DNA of 64,000 bases from Bdellovibrionales bacterium. GTDB lineage: Bacteria > Bdellovibrionota > Bdellovibrionia > Bdellovibrionales > UBA1609. The notes beneath the pieces are model-generated. The model was not told where the DNA came from and ran no database searches. It saw only the letters and a list, made by a program, of their open reading frames with translations. The DNA is taken from assembly GCA_965247685.1 (NCBI GenBank), contig OZ252021.1:1202082-1266081 (forward strand). The letters are read 5' to 3'. Numbering within the stretch: position 1 is the stretch's first letter; each line of letters starts with the position of its first letter. Shown one piece after another: positions 39,576-48,133 of this stretch. The position numbers and the translations under genes are program-made.

Positions 39576-42500
39576 ATGACATTTCTCAACACAAATTGGA
39601 TCAAAAAGTGGAATCATGAGAGTTCCTGTCTGCTCTTAAAATTCTTCTTCCAAAAAACCAGCTTTATTATATTGTTCACTTTAGTGTTTCATCACTCCGC
39701 TTTTGGAGGTTGGTTTTGGGACAATGAATGTGAAGAAATATTTAATTGTGAATCCACTTTACATGATTCACCATCTTCCATAGGTTTTGGAGGGAATAAC
39801 ATTGATCAAGTGACACACAACCTTTCATCACAGGGCTCGGATTGCCCTATAACTTTAATGAACCAGTATCTCAGAGATTGCGAAGATGGGATTATTTTTT
39901 CAGACTCAACAAAAGAGAAGATAGAATCAAAGTGTCAACCAATACAATTAAATATAACTCCTGAAAAATTAGAAGCTCAAATCAGAAATAAACTATCTAA
40001 TAAAAACATTCCTGAAATTAGCCATTGCTTAAAAGAGCCTTTTACAACTGAGCCTTTTGATTCTAATCCGGATCCTGATGTGGATATAAAAACACTTCCA
40101 GAAGATCAGCATCAAGCTTTTATCACAGAGTATTATGCCAATGCTCAACGACTTCAAGATAGACTCAGAAGTCAGTTTCACAATATATCTGCTATTGATC
40201 AAATGCTAGGTCAAACAACTTTAGATTGTACAGAGGGTGGTAGTGTATCTCAAAAGATCCAAAGTGAATGTCAAACACTAAGAAATTGCCAATCTTCGAA
40301 AGAAAAAGTTCAAGAAAATCTAGAAAAAATAGCCAAAGACACTATCCTAGCTTTAAAAACTTACTATAAACTTGAAAATGAGATTAACCAATTTGAAAAT
40401 GAAATTAATCGATGTTATATGAGGGGTCACAATCCTAAACAATGTACCTCTGAAATCAAGAAAGAAAAACAAAAAGACAAGGAAGAAAAACAACAAACAC
40501 AACAAGCACTTGAAAAAAATTATCCATGGATGTTAGGAGAAGTTTTTAAAGATGGAGTAGAGGATGAAAACCTTCATGAACAAATCAAAAAATTAGAAAT
40601 CAATAAAGATCTTGAAATTTCACCAAAGTTAACAAGAGGAGTTGCTAAACATATTAGAAGCCAACTTAAAGATACTCGTGAAAAATTATCAGATCACATA
40701 GAAAACACAACCGATACTTATGGTTGTATGATCAAAAATAAAGATTGTGAAAATATTAAAGGTAGCTTGTTCGGTTCCGACTCTGTAAAACAAGGTAATA
40801 TGCAAAAAGTCCTACAAGGATCCCCTGCCATTGCTGGAGAACTATTGGAAGAAGGCTCCTCTTTAAAACCATACTTTGAACACGCTCAGTGCCGACAAAA
40901 TCAAAGACAAATCGCAGAAGCCAATCAAGATTTCGAGAAATGGGGATTTCTAGATGCAGGGCTTATAGTTGGATCTTTAGTTCTTATACCATTTACAGGA
41001 GGAACTGCGACGGCTACGGCTATAGCTAATGCAGCTGCAAGGGTTGGAGTTAGAATAACAGTATCAGCAGCTACAAAAACGAGGAATATTAAGGCTGCAA
41101 GGACTCTTTTGCTCTTAACTGAATTAGGAGCTACAGCTTTTATGTCGGATGATGCTTTTAATACATGCACAGAAGATATAGAAGTGTTTGAAAATGTAGT
41201 TTCACCAAGTACTGAGAATATGTGTGAAAGTCTAGACCATAGAATACAAATCAAGAATGAACTCGGTAGTTGTGTACTCCAAGCCTCTTTGGCTACTGTG
41301 GGTTGGGCTATTCCTGGATTTATGGTTGGCAGAAAAATTTATAGAGGAATAAAATCAAAAACTCCAGGCACAGCTGCGACAAATTTAGACCCAGTTCCGA
41401 AAGATCCAGATCTAGTTGCGAACCCAGCTGCGAACGCATTTGAAGATCAAAGTATTTCAAAAATAGCAAATGAAATACAAGAATTAAAGATTGAAGGATT
41501 ATTAAAAGATAAAATTCAAAAAATGATTACAGATAATTTAAAAAATCAAAATATTACAGAATTTTTCAAACTCACTGGAAATAACAATTTAATCAGATTC
41601 AAACATAATGGTTTATTTTATGATATAGTAAAGAAAGATGGTAAGATCATTATACATGCTCAAGACTCTTTGAATCCAAATAAAATAACATCTAGAGGTT
41701 TAAACACAGACCCAGCTGCGAACCCACCTGCGAAAAATTCAGACCCAGCTGCGAACCCACCTGCGAAAAATTCAGACCCAGCTGCGAACCCACCTGCGAA
41801 AAATTCAGACCCAGCTGCGAACCCAACTGCGTCTGTGTTTAAAGATCCAAGTATTTCAAAAATAGCAAATGAAATACAAGAATTAAAGATTGAAGGATTA
41901 TTAAAAGGTAAAATTCAAAAAATGATTACAGATAATTTAAAAAATCAAAATATTACAGAATTTTTCAAACTCACTGGAAATAACAATTTAATCAGATTCA
42001 AACATAATGGTTTATTTTATGATATAGTAAAGAAAGATGGTAAGATCATTATACATGCTCAAGACTCTTTGAATCCAAATATAATAACATCTAGAAGTCC
42101 AGACACAAAGGCGATAAGAAAGCTCAGCGATACAAAGAGTATAGAACCTATTACAAAAGAAGTAGCGACAATAGCTAGAAGAGTAAATTCAAAAAATGTA
42201 AATGCAAGTAAAAAGAAAATCCAAAAAATACTTACGAAGGCATTAAAAGACAAATACAAAGGAATAACAATTAGAAATTCCAATGAGGGTCTCAATTTAA
42301 TCAGATTCAAACATAATGGTTTATTTTATATAGTAGGGAAAGAAGGTAGGATTACTAAACTTACTAAACAAGATTTTGAAGTATCCAAGATATCACAAGT
42401 AGTAGATGATATATTTGAAAAAAAAATAAATAATAAAATTTTACTTAAAGAGAAAATCCAAGAAATACTTACGAAGGCATTAAAAGACAAATACAAAGGA

Positions 42501-43325
42501 ATAACAATTAGAAATTCCAATGAGGGTCTCAATTTACTCACATTCAAAAAAGATGATTTATTTTATATAGTAAGGAAAAATGGTGATGTTATTAATTATC
42601 CTTCTCCAAGTTCTCCTAAACCTTCTGTGAAAGCAGTTACGAAAACCACAACTCCTTTACCTGCGCGCACAGTTGCTGCTGCTAAAGATGCACTACAAGG
42701 ACTAAGAAGGATACCTTCTTCAATAGTTCCAAAAAGAGCTATGGCACATATTCCTCCAGTAGACGAAACAGGAAGAAGAAAAGAAATTGTTGCAGCACCA
42801 CTCGCAGTAGCCCCTGTAGCAGCTGCTGCTGATCCCACTGATGATGATAAAGTAAAAAATAATAAAAATAGAAAAAAGGCAAGAAGTTTAAAAGCCTGCT
42901 CTTCCGAACTTACAGCAGGAAGTTATCTTTCTCGAATTTGTGCTTTGCAGGCTCGAATAAAACAACTGGATGCAAGTATTGCACAATCTCGTGCAATCAA
43001 CGACCAACTCTCCCTTCAATTATGGGGAGGAGTTCAAAGTAATGTCCTTGCCCCACAATTTATCACTGAAATGGAAAACTTTCTGAAAATAAAAAAACTT
43101 GTAACAATAGAAGATCAATATCTTTTAAGACATATGCTAAACATTACTATCTTACAAGAGCGACTTGACAATAATCCCAATGCACAAACACAGCAAAAAA
43201 TGAATGAATTCCTGCAATATTTTGATCAATATATAAGAAACCCCGATAGTGCTCAAAGCTTGGATAATTCTCAATATATCAGAGAACGCATTGCTATTTT
43301 AGATCAACTCACCACCCGCGCCTAA
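39576..43325 (+). CDS. very large Cys-rich, repeat-containing exported or membrane-anchored protein, no recognised family
   Basis: 1249-aa uninterrupted frame with an N-terminal hydrophobic anchor (FIILFTLVFHHSAFGG). The N-terminal ~450 aa are Cys-rich and coiled-coil. A central Ala/Gly-rich hydrophobic segment follows, then four copies of a ~60-aa module, a DPAANPPAKNS tandem repeat and a helical C-terminal domain. Confidence 0.8.
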   Translation: MTFLNTNWIKKWNHESSCLLLKFFFQKTSFIILFTLVFHHSAFGGWFWDNECEEIFNCESTLHDSPSSIGFGGNNIDQVTHNLSSQGSDCPITLMNQYLRDCEDGIIFSDSTKEKIESKCQPIQLNITPEKLEAQIRNKLSNKNIPEISHCLKEPFTTEPFDSNPDPDVDIKTLPEDQHQAFITEYYANAQRLQDRLRSQFHNISAIDQMLGQTTLDCTEGGSVSQKIQSECQTLRNCQSSKEKVQENLEKIAKDTILALKTYYKLENEINQFENEINRCYMRGHNPKQCTSEIKKEKQKDKEEKQQTQQALEKNYPWMLGEVFKDGVEDENLHEQIKKLEINKDLEISPKLTRGVAKHIRSQLKDTREKLSDHIENTTDTYGCMIKNKDCENIKGSLFGSDSVKQGNMQKVLQGSPAIAGELLEEGSSLKPYFEHAQCRQNQRQIAEANQDFEKWGFLDAGLIVGSLVLIPFTGGTATATAIANAAARVGVRITVSAATKTRNIKAARTLLLLTELGATAFMSDDAFNTCTEDIEVFENVVSPSTENMCESLDHRIQIKNELGSCVLQASLATVGWAIPGFMVGRKIYRGIKSKTPGTAATNLDPVPKDPDLVANPAANAFEDQSISKIANEIQELKIEGLLKDKIQKMITDNLKNQNITEFFKLTGNNNLIRFKHNGLFYDIVKKDGKIIIHAQDSLNPNKITSRGLNTDPAANPPAKNSDPAANPPAKNSDPAANPPAKNSDPAANPTASVFKDPSISKIANEIQELKIEGLLKGKIQKMITDNLKNQNITEFFKLTGNNNLIRFKHNGLFYDIVKKDGKIIIHAQDSLNPNIITSRSPDTKAIRKLSDTKSIEPITKEVATIARRVNSKNVNASKKKIQKILTKALKDKYKGITIRNSNEGLNLIRFKHNGLFYIVGKEGRITKLTKQDFEVSKISQVVDDIFEKKINNKILLKEKIQEILTKALKDKYKGITIRNSNEGLNLLTFKKDDLFYIVRKNGDVINYPSPSSPKPSVKAVTKTTTPLPARTVAAAKDALQGLRRIPSSIVPKRAMAHIPPVDETGRRKEIVAAPLAVAPVAAAADPTDDDKVKNNKNRKKARSLKACSSELTAGSYLSRICALQARIKQLDASIAQSRAINDQLSLQLWGGVQSNVLAPQFITEMENFLKIKKLVTIEDQYLLRHMLNITILQERLDNNPNAQTQQKMNEFLQYFDQYIRNPDSAQSLDNSQYIRERIAILDQLTTRA
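41443..42096 (+). repeat. 399-bp-period intragenic tandem duplication (copies 41443-41697 and 41842-42096 nearly identical)
   Basis: Direct comparison shows ~255 bp shared with about four substitutions (for example GAT vs GGT, and AAA vs ATA near the ends). Confidence 0.9.
41709..41831 (+). repeat. perfect 33-bp tandem repeat, 3 full units plus a partial one, in frame (DPAANPPAKNS)
   Basis: GACCCAGCTGCGAACCCACCTGCGAAAAATTCA occurs at 41709, 41742 and 41775, with a partial diverging copy from 41808. Confidence 0.95.
42215..42582 (+). repeat. second pair of intragenic module copies, 237 bp apart (42215-42345 and 42452-42582)
   Basis: An ~85-bp core (..ATACTTACGAAGGCATTAAAAGACAAATACAAAGGAATAACAATTAGAAATTCCAATGAGGGTCTCAATTTA) is identical except for one base. 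It is related to the 41443/41842 modules through the AATTTAATCAGATTCAAACATAATGGTTTATTTTAT segment. Confidence 0.9.
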
Positions 43326-44497
43326 AAGTGAACGACTGCAGAAGAACGAGCTGCCACACGATTACGGTTTTCTATAAGAATAAATCCAAACTTATTTTCC
43401 CACTTAAGACCTTTTTTAGAATCATAAGTCAAAACAGTTTGCAGTTCATGATTCTTCATATTCTTATTTGATCGATTGGTGATCCATATATGCACAAGCC
43501 TAACATTAAAATTATCCATTAAGTCAAAATTCAAAGAAGGAGAAATTACAATAGAGTCATTAAGTCCCAGGCTGTGTCCTTCTGAAGTTTCACCCAGAAC
43601 AAAGTAAAAATAATCCCAAAGAATAAAACTAGGATTCCAATTTGCATTGGCCACATAATCCTCAGTAACATAGGCTCCAACCAAACTCACCACAAGAGAA
43701 TGAAATTTCGTTTTCCAATCAGCCTGCAACACACCTGCGTGCTGATTCCACTCTTCTTGAGAACCCCACTCTGCTGAAAAACTAAAAGGCTCATAGTCAT
43801 AATGACCAAATACATTTGTCGTACTCTCTGATCGATAAGGTGAATTTTCAAAACTACTTAAATCATTAAAAGAGTTCATAATTTTCGTTTTATGTAAAGC
43901 TCCAATCTCTAAACCCTTTTCTTTATAACCTACTTCCAAAGCCAAAGAAAAATCACGACCTGTTCCAATCTCTTGATCTCCTATTTGTTCCTTAAAGTAA
44001 ACGATACCATAAGGTTTCACATAAAAAGAATCATACTCAATCTTTATAGAAACTCCATCACGAACATCGTAAGCCGGCTCTAAAAAATGGTCTCCAGAAG
44101 AATAAGTAAGCCCTAAACCAAAATCAAAAGGCATACGACCAAACTCCAACTGTACAAACTCATTGTTGTATCGAGTGTAAAAATAAACGGGGTTAAATTG
44201 AATTATCTGAGTATTGGAGCTGTGAATAAAGTTTTTTGTTCGAGAAAAACCAAATGTAGCAGGTTTATTAAAGCCGAGCAGCAAACGAGAGTTCACAGAC
44301 AATCCATCAGACACACGAGCCACAGAATCCATCAACATATACTGCTCAACTGCAAACTGAGAGATCTTTTCACTAAGATTATAATCATAGTAAACCTTAC
44401 CTAAATAGTATCCAGACCAATCCAGTTGAAAAGCCCAAGAATAAATAGGAAATAAAATAGAAAATAAGACTAAACTTTTGAATCGATTAAAAGCCAT
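43322..44497 (-). CDS. hypothetical exported protein, possible outer-membrane beta-barrel (porin-like)
   Basis: Signal peptide MAFNRFKSLVLFSILFPIYSWA. Rich in Tyr/Gly/Asn with an alternating pattern and a terminal Phe (..SSAVVHF). Its stop overlaps the stop of the convergent giant gene. Confidence 0.45.
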   Translation of the reverse strand: MAFNRFKSLVLFSILFPIYSWAFQLDWSGYYLGKVYYDYNLSEKISQFAVEQYMLMDSVARVSDGLSVNSRLLLGFNKPATFGFSRTKNFIHSSNTQIIQFNPVYFYTRYNNEFVQLEFGRMPFDFGLGLTYSSGDHFLEPAYDVRDGVSIKIEYDSFYVKPYGIVYFKEQIGDQEIGTGRDFSLALEVGYKEKGLEIGALHKTKIMNSFNDLSSFENSPYRSESTTNVFGHYDYEPFSFSAEWGSQEEWNQHAGVLQADWKTKFHSLVVSLVGAYVTEDYVANANWNPSFILWDYFYFVLGETSEGHSLGLNDSIVISPSLNFDLMDNFNVRLVHIWITNRSNKNMKNHELQTVLTYDSKKGLKWENKFGFILIENRNRVAARSSAVVHF

Positions 44498-44558
44498 GTT
44501 TTCCCCCTTGAAAATAGAATGAATATATTATCAAATATGAAAAATAAAAAAGCAAATC

Positions 44559-44864
44559 TTAATGAGAACTGAGATTTCTTTTTTTTAAAGGAACTAGACC
44601 TCTTCGAACCATCTCATCCTCCAGATAATTACAGTAAAGAACATCCCATTCAGAACTCCCCTCTACCACTTGTTTTTTCAAGGAGGATATCTTCTCCTTC
44701 ACTTTTGAATCCATTTCCTCACATTCTCTGAGGCAATGACTCAATGTGACCCGTGTAGCCTGAACCGCTTTATCTTTATCTCCATAAGCCACTAGACCTG
44801 TGGCCTCTAAGGAGTCCACGACCAAATGTATCCAATAACTTTGTCGAGCATCGGAAAGTATCAT
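44559..44864 (-). CDS. DUF507-family protein
   Basis: 101 aa. The ..SSLKKQVVEGSSEWDVLYCNYLEDEMVRRGL pattern matches my recollection of the DUF507 family signature. Confidence 0.55.
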   Translation of the reverse strand: MILSDARQSYWIHLVVDSLEATGLVAYGDKDKAVQATRVTLSHCLRECEEMDSKVKEKISSLKKQVVEGSSEWDVLYCNYLEDEMVRRGLVPLKKRNLSSH

Positions 44865-45139
44865 AAAATAATTCCTTTTTTTTCAGCTAATTTTTGTCTC
44901 AACATGGAACGCATTTTTTGTCGATTAAACGATGTTCCATGGCTTTCCTCCAAATCATTAAGCATTCTAACGACTTCTTTTTCTAATTCCTGCTCTTTCA
45001 ACAGGTCTTCAGAAATGGCACGACAGACCTCTTGAATCACTACTGAATCATTCTGCAAAACTTGAATAGACGGATTCTTCTTTATATTTTTGACTAAGGA
45101 TTTTGCAAACCAATAGCTATGTTGTTCTGTCCATCTCAT
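44861..45139 (-). CDS. DUF507-family protein (second member of pair)
   Basis: I place the start at ATG 45139 (MRWTEQHSYWFAKSLVKNI..) rather than the hydrophobic GTG extension at 45193. 4-nt overlap with the downstream DUF507 gene. Confidence 0.5.
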   Translation of the reverse strand: MRWTEQHSYWFAKSLVKNIKKNPSIQVLQNDSVVIQEVCRAISEDLLKEQELEKEVVRMLNDLEESHGTSFNRQKMRSMLRQKLAEKKGIIL

Positions 45140-45223
45140 ACTTTGAGTTGACAGGAATAATAAATATCTGTCAAGAATTAGAAAAAATAACACAGCACCA
45201 ACAAAGGTCTTAAAAAGATTAAT

Positions 45224-47482
45224 TTGAAAAAACTTTACTTAAGATTATTTTATCTTCTTATTTTCATTTCTTTAGCGATTTTCATACAGGGATACCTGAT
45301 CTTTCAAAGTTTAGACTATAAAATTGAAAAAACAATTCAAACAGGCTGGTTCCCACCTTCTTTGGAATATTATTCTTCTCCTAAAAAAATAAAAGATCAT
45401 GAGTTCTATTCTATTGAGAAACTAAAAGAAGAACTGTATCTTAGAAATTATATTCAGCAAAACTCTATACGAAAACTTAAACCAGGAGAATTTATTTCTC
45501 TCAAAGCTCTAGAATGCAAATCTCTTAAAACCAACAGCAATGGAGATTGTATTATATGGATGAATAAAGATTTTCCTCATACAAAAAATATGATGGAATA
45601 TCAAAAGAAAAAAATCAAATTATATCAAGGTTCTCCATTTAACCTCGTCTCTTTTATTCTTCTCGATCCTCTACTGCTTGCTCAGCGCGAAGGAGAATCC
45701 CTACACTTTAGAAAACGTTTTAAACTCACCGAAGTCCCCTATCTTTGCTTACAATCCATCACAACCTCTGAAGATGAGAACTTTATATTACATAAAGGGG
45801 TCAGCCTTACAGGAATTGCTCGTGCATTTATTCAAAATATTTTAAAGGGAAAAATCACACAAGGTGGAAGCACTATTACTCAGCAATTGATTAAAAATAG
45901 ATTTTTAAATGCTGAAAAATCTTTCAAAAGAAAATGGATTGAAATACTGATGTCTTTGGTTCTAGAAAGAAAACTCACTAAAGATCAAATTCTAGAACTT
46001 TATCTGAACACCATTTACATGGGAGGAACAGGTTCTTATAGCCTATACGGGTTTGCATCAGCCTCTCAGTATTACTTCAATAAACCACTCAACCGTATGA
46101 ACCTTTCAGAATGTGCTTTACTCACTGCGCTACTCCCTTCTCCTGGAAGACTCAATCCTTTTTCTTTTCCTAAAAGAGCGAAGAGCAAAAGAAATATTAT
46201 TTTAAAAAAAATGTATAAACAAAATACTATTTTCTTAGAAGATCTGAATCAAGCACTCAAAAAATCATTGCCGAAAAAAAGAACATCTCTTCAAAGTCAT
46301 AAAGCTTCTTACTTTGTGCATGCTGTACATAAAGAGCTTCAAACCTTAGGAATCGATTGGGGTGATGATTTAAAAGTATATACCACAATGAATATGAAAG
46401 CTCATCACCATGCAAGAAAATCTTTGAAGCAAACTTTAAGTAGATTAGAAAAAAAGAAAGATAAAAAACCTCTTGAAGGAGCTTTAATATCTATCGATTT
46501 AGAAACCAATAAAGTTCGCGCTCTTGTTGGCGGACGAGATTTTATACACAGCCCCTTCAACAGAGCCATTGAAGCTCAAAGACCTATTGGTTCTTTAGTA
46601 AAACCCCTTACATACCTATCAGCTCTAGTACATACAGATATCAACCCACTAACTCTCGTTCAAGATGAACCCCTCACGATTAAAAAATGGTCTCCAAACA
46701 ATTATAATAATAAGTATTTTGGAACTGTTCCTTTATACTTTGCTCTCAAAGAATCTCTCAACACAGCCAGTGTGCGAGTAGGTTTAGATGTGGGTTTAAA
46801 AAACATCATACTCACATTTGAAAAATTAGGTCTCACTTCTCCTATAGAGCCTTTACCCTCTTTGACTTTAGGCTCTGTAGAGCTTTCTCCATTAGAAATT
46901 GTACAAATGTATTCCACGATCGCTCGAATGGGATCTTATATGAAGCTCTCCTTCATCGATAGAATAGAAAGTTTTGATGGAAAAATTCTTTATCAAAGCA
47001 TCCGAACTCCACAACAAGTTTTTCCTGAAGAAAAAGTCGCCGTACTGATCGGCATGATGAAACAAGTTATTGAATCGGGTACAGCTCGGTGGATCAAGCC
47101 TTTCTGGCCTTACTCTACCGCAGGAAAAACAGGAACCAGCAACCAGGAACGAGATTCTTGGTTTATAGGTTTTACACCCCAAAAGTTAACTGGAGTATGG
47201 ATAGGTTATGATGACAATACTCCTCATGAATTGACAGGCTCCGCAGGAGCTTTAGTCACTTGGCTGCAATTTATGCGAAACTTTGATCTTCCTTTTTATG
47301 ATTTTAATTGGCCTGCAAATGTTGAAATAAAATCTGTGACTTTACCAACTATTATAAAAAGTAAAACTTCAAACGAGCGACAGTTTTTTAAACTACAAAC
47401 AACATCTACTGAAGAAAGCCCTCAGGCTGCTGAATTAATCTTTGAATCTTCATCAAATAAGAAATGGTATCAATTCTTTTAA
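45224..47482 (+). CDS. mrcA: class A penicillin-binding protein (PBP1A type: transglycosylase plus transpeptidase)
   Basis: Glycosyltransferase motifs EDENFILHKG and GGSTITQQL. Transpeptidase motifs SLVKP (SxxK), SLN and KTGT. TTG start followed by an N-terminal TM. Confidence 0.9.
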   Translation: MKKLYLRLFYLLIFISLAIFIQGYLIFQSLDYKIEKTIQTGWFPPSLEYYSSPKKIKDHEFYSIEKLKEELYLRNYIQQNSIRKLKPGEFISLKALECKSLKTNSNGDCIIWMNKDFPHTKNMMEYQKKKIKLYQGSPFNLVSFILLDPLLLAQREGESLHFRKRFKLTEVPYLCLQSITTSEDENFILHKGVSLTGIARAFIQNILKGKITQGGSTITQQLIKNRFLNAEKSFKRKWIEILMSLVLERKLTKDQILELYLNTIYMGGTGSYSLYGFASASQYYFNKPLNRMNLSECALLTALLPSPGRLNPFSFPKRAKSKRNIILKKMYKQNTIFLEDLNQALKKSLPKKRTSLQSHKASYFVHAVHKELQTLGIDWGDDLKVYTTMNMKAHHHARKSLKQTLSRLEKKKDKKPLEGALISIDLETNKVRALVGGRDFIHSPFNRAIEAQRPIGSLVKPLTYLSALVHTDINPLTLVQDEPLTIKKWSPNNYNNKYFGTVPLYFALKESLNTASVRVGLDVGLKNIILTFEKLGLTSPIEPLPSLTLGSVELSPLEIVQMYSTIARMGSYMKLSFIDRIESFDGKILYQSIRTPQQVFPEEKVAVLIGMMKQVIESGTARWIKPFWPYSTAGKTGTSNQERDSWFIGFTPQKLTGVWIGYDDNTPHELTGSAGALVTWLQFMRNFDLPFYDFNWPANVEIKSVTLPTIIKSKTSNERQFFKLQTTSTEESPQAAELIFESSSNKKWYQFF

Positions 47483-47535
47483 GTTTTTTATAAAAAAGTA
47501 TTTACTTTTTAACCTTCATATCGCACATTATACTT

Positions 47536-48084
47536 ATGATTCAAATCACAGCAGAAAAAACACCTAATCCTAATGCTTTAAAGTTTATGGTGAATCAAAC
47601 TCTTACCAAAGAGCCTTACGAATGCAACAGTGCTCAGAAGGCGCAAAACCAATCCACATTAGCTTATAAACTGCTCAGTTTACCTTGGATCGTAAACGTT
47701 TTTATTGGAGAAAACTTTATTACTGTTACTAAAGAAGACTGGGTAGATTGGGAACCGGTTCAAGAACCTTTAATACACATGATGAAAGAATCTATACTTT
47801 CAGGCTCCCCGCTTGTCCAATCCAAAAATCATAGTTCTCAACCACTTCAACCTCATTCTACCGTTGTAGAAAAAATTAAATTCATCATTAATCAAGATAT
47901 TCAACCGGCTGTTCAAAGAGACGGCGGCTTTATTCAATTTTCCAAATTTAAAGATGGAAAACTTTATGTCGAACTAAAAGGTGCATGTTCAGGGTGTCCA
48001 AGTGCAGAGTTCACACTCAAGCAAGGTATTGAACAACTTATTCGACAAGAAGTACCAGAAGTTCAAGAAGTTATTTCCGTTTAA
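47536..48084 (+). CDS. NFU1-type Fe-S cluster assembly protein (Nfu_N plus NifU C-terminal domain)
   Basis: N-terminal TPNPNALKF motif and C-terminal CSGCPSAEFTLKQGIE CxxC motif. Confidence 0.85.
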   Translation: MIQITAEKTPNPNALKFMVNQTLTKEPYECNSAQKAQNQSTLAYKLLSLPWIVNVFIGENFITVTKEDWVDWEPVQEPLIHMMKESILSGSPLVQSKNHSSQPLQPHSTVVEKIKFIINQDIQPAVQRDGGFIQFSKFKDGKLYVELKGACSGCPSAEFTLKQGIEQLIRQEVPEVQEVISV

Positions 48085-48133
48085 AATTTTTCTGTTGCAC
48101 TTTTTGTCAAAAGCCGATTCGTGTCTTTGATCG

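Noticed and set aside
41709-41831. CRISPR-like array
   Set aside because: The 33-bp units are contiguous with no spacers, lie in frame inside a long ORF, and no cas genes are present.
41443-42582. Diversity-generating retroelement (template/variable repeat pair) as an explanation for the near-identical repeats
   Set aside because: There is no reverse transcriptase in the window. Both copies are in-frame coding modules of the same gene, and the few differences are not adenine-specific.
40925-42838. Antisense ORFs inside the giant gene (40925-41254, 42059-42310, 42326-42547, 42596-42838)
   Set aside because: They are shadow frames of Ala/Gly-rich or repeated coding sequence. The two MN[LV][IS]KLRPSLEFLIVIPLYLSF.. 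ORFs simply mirror the duplicated modules on the plus strand.
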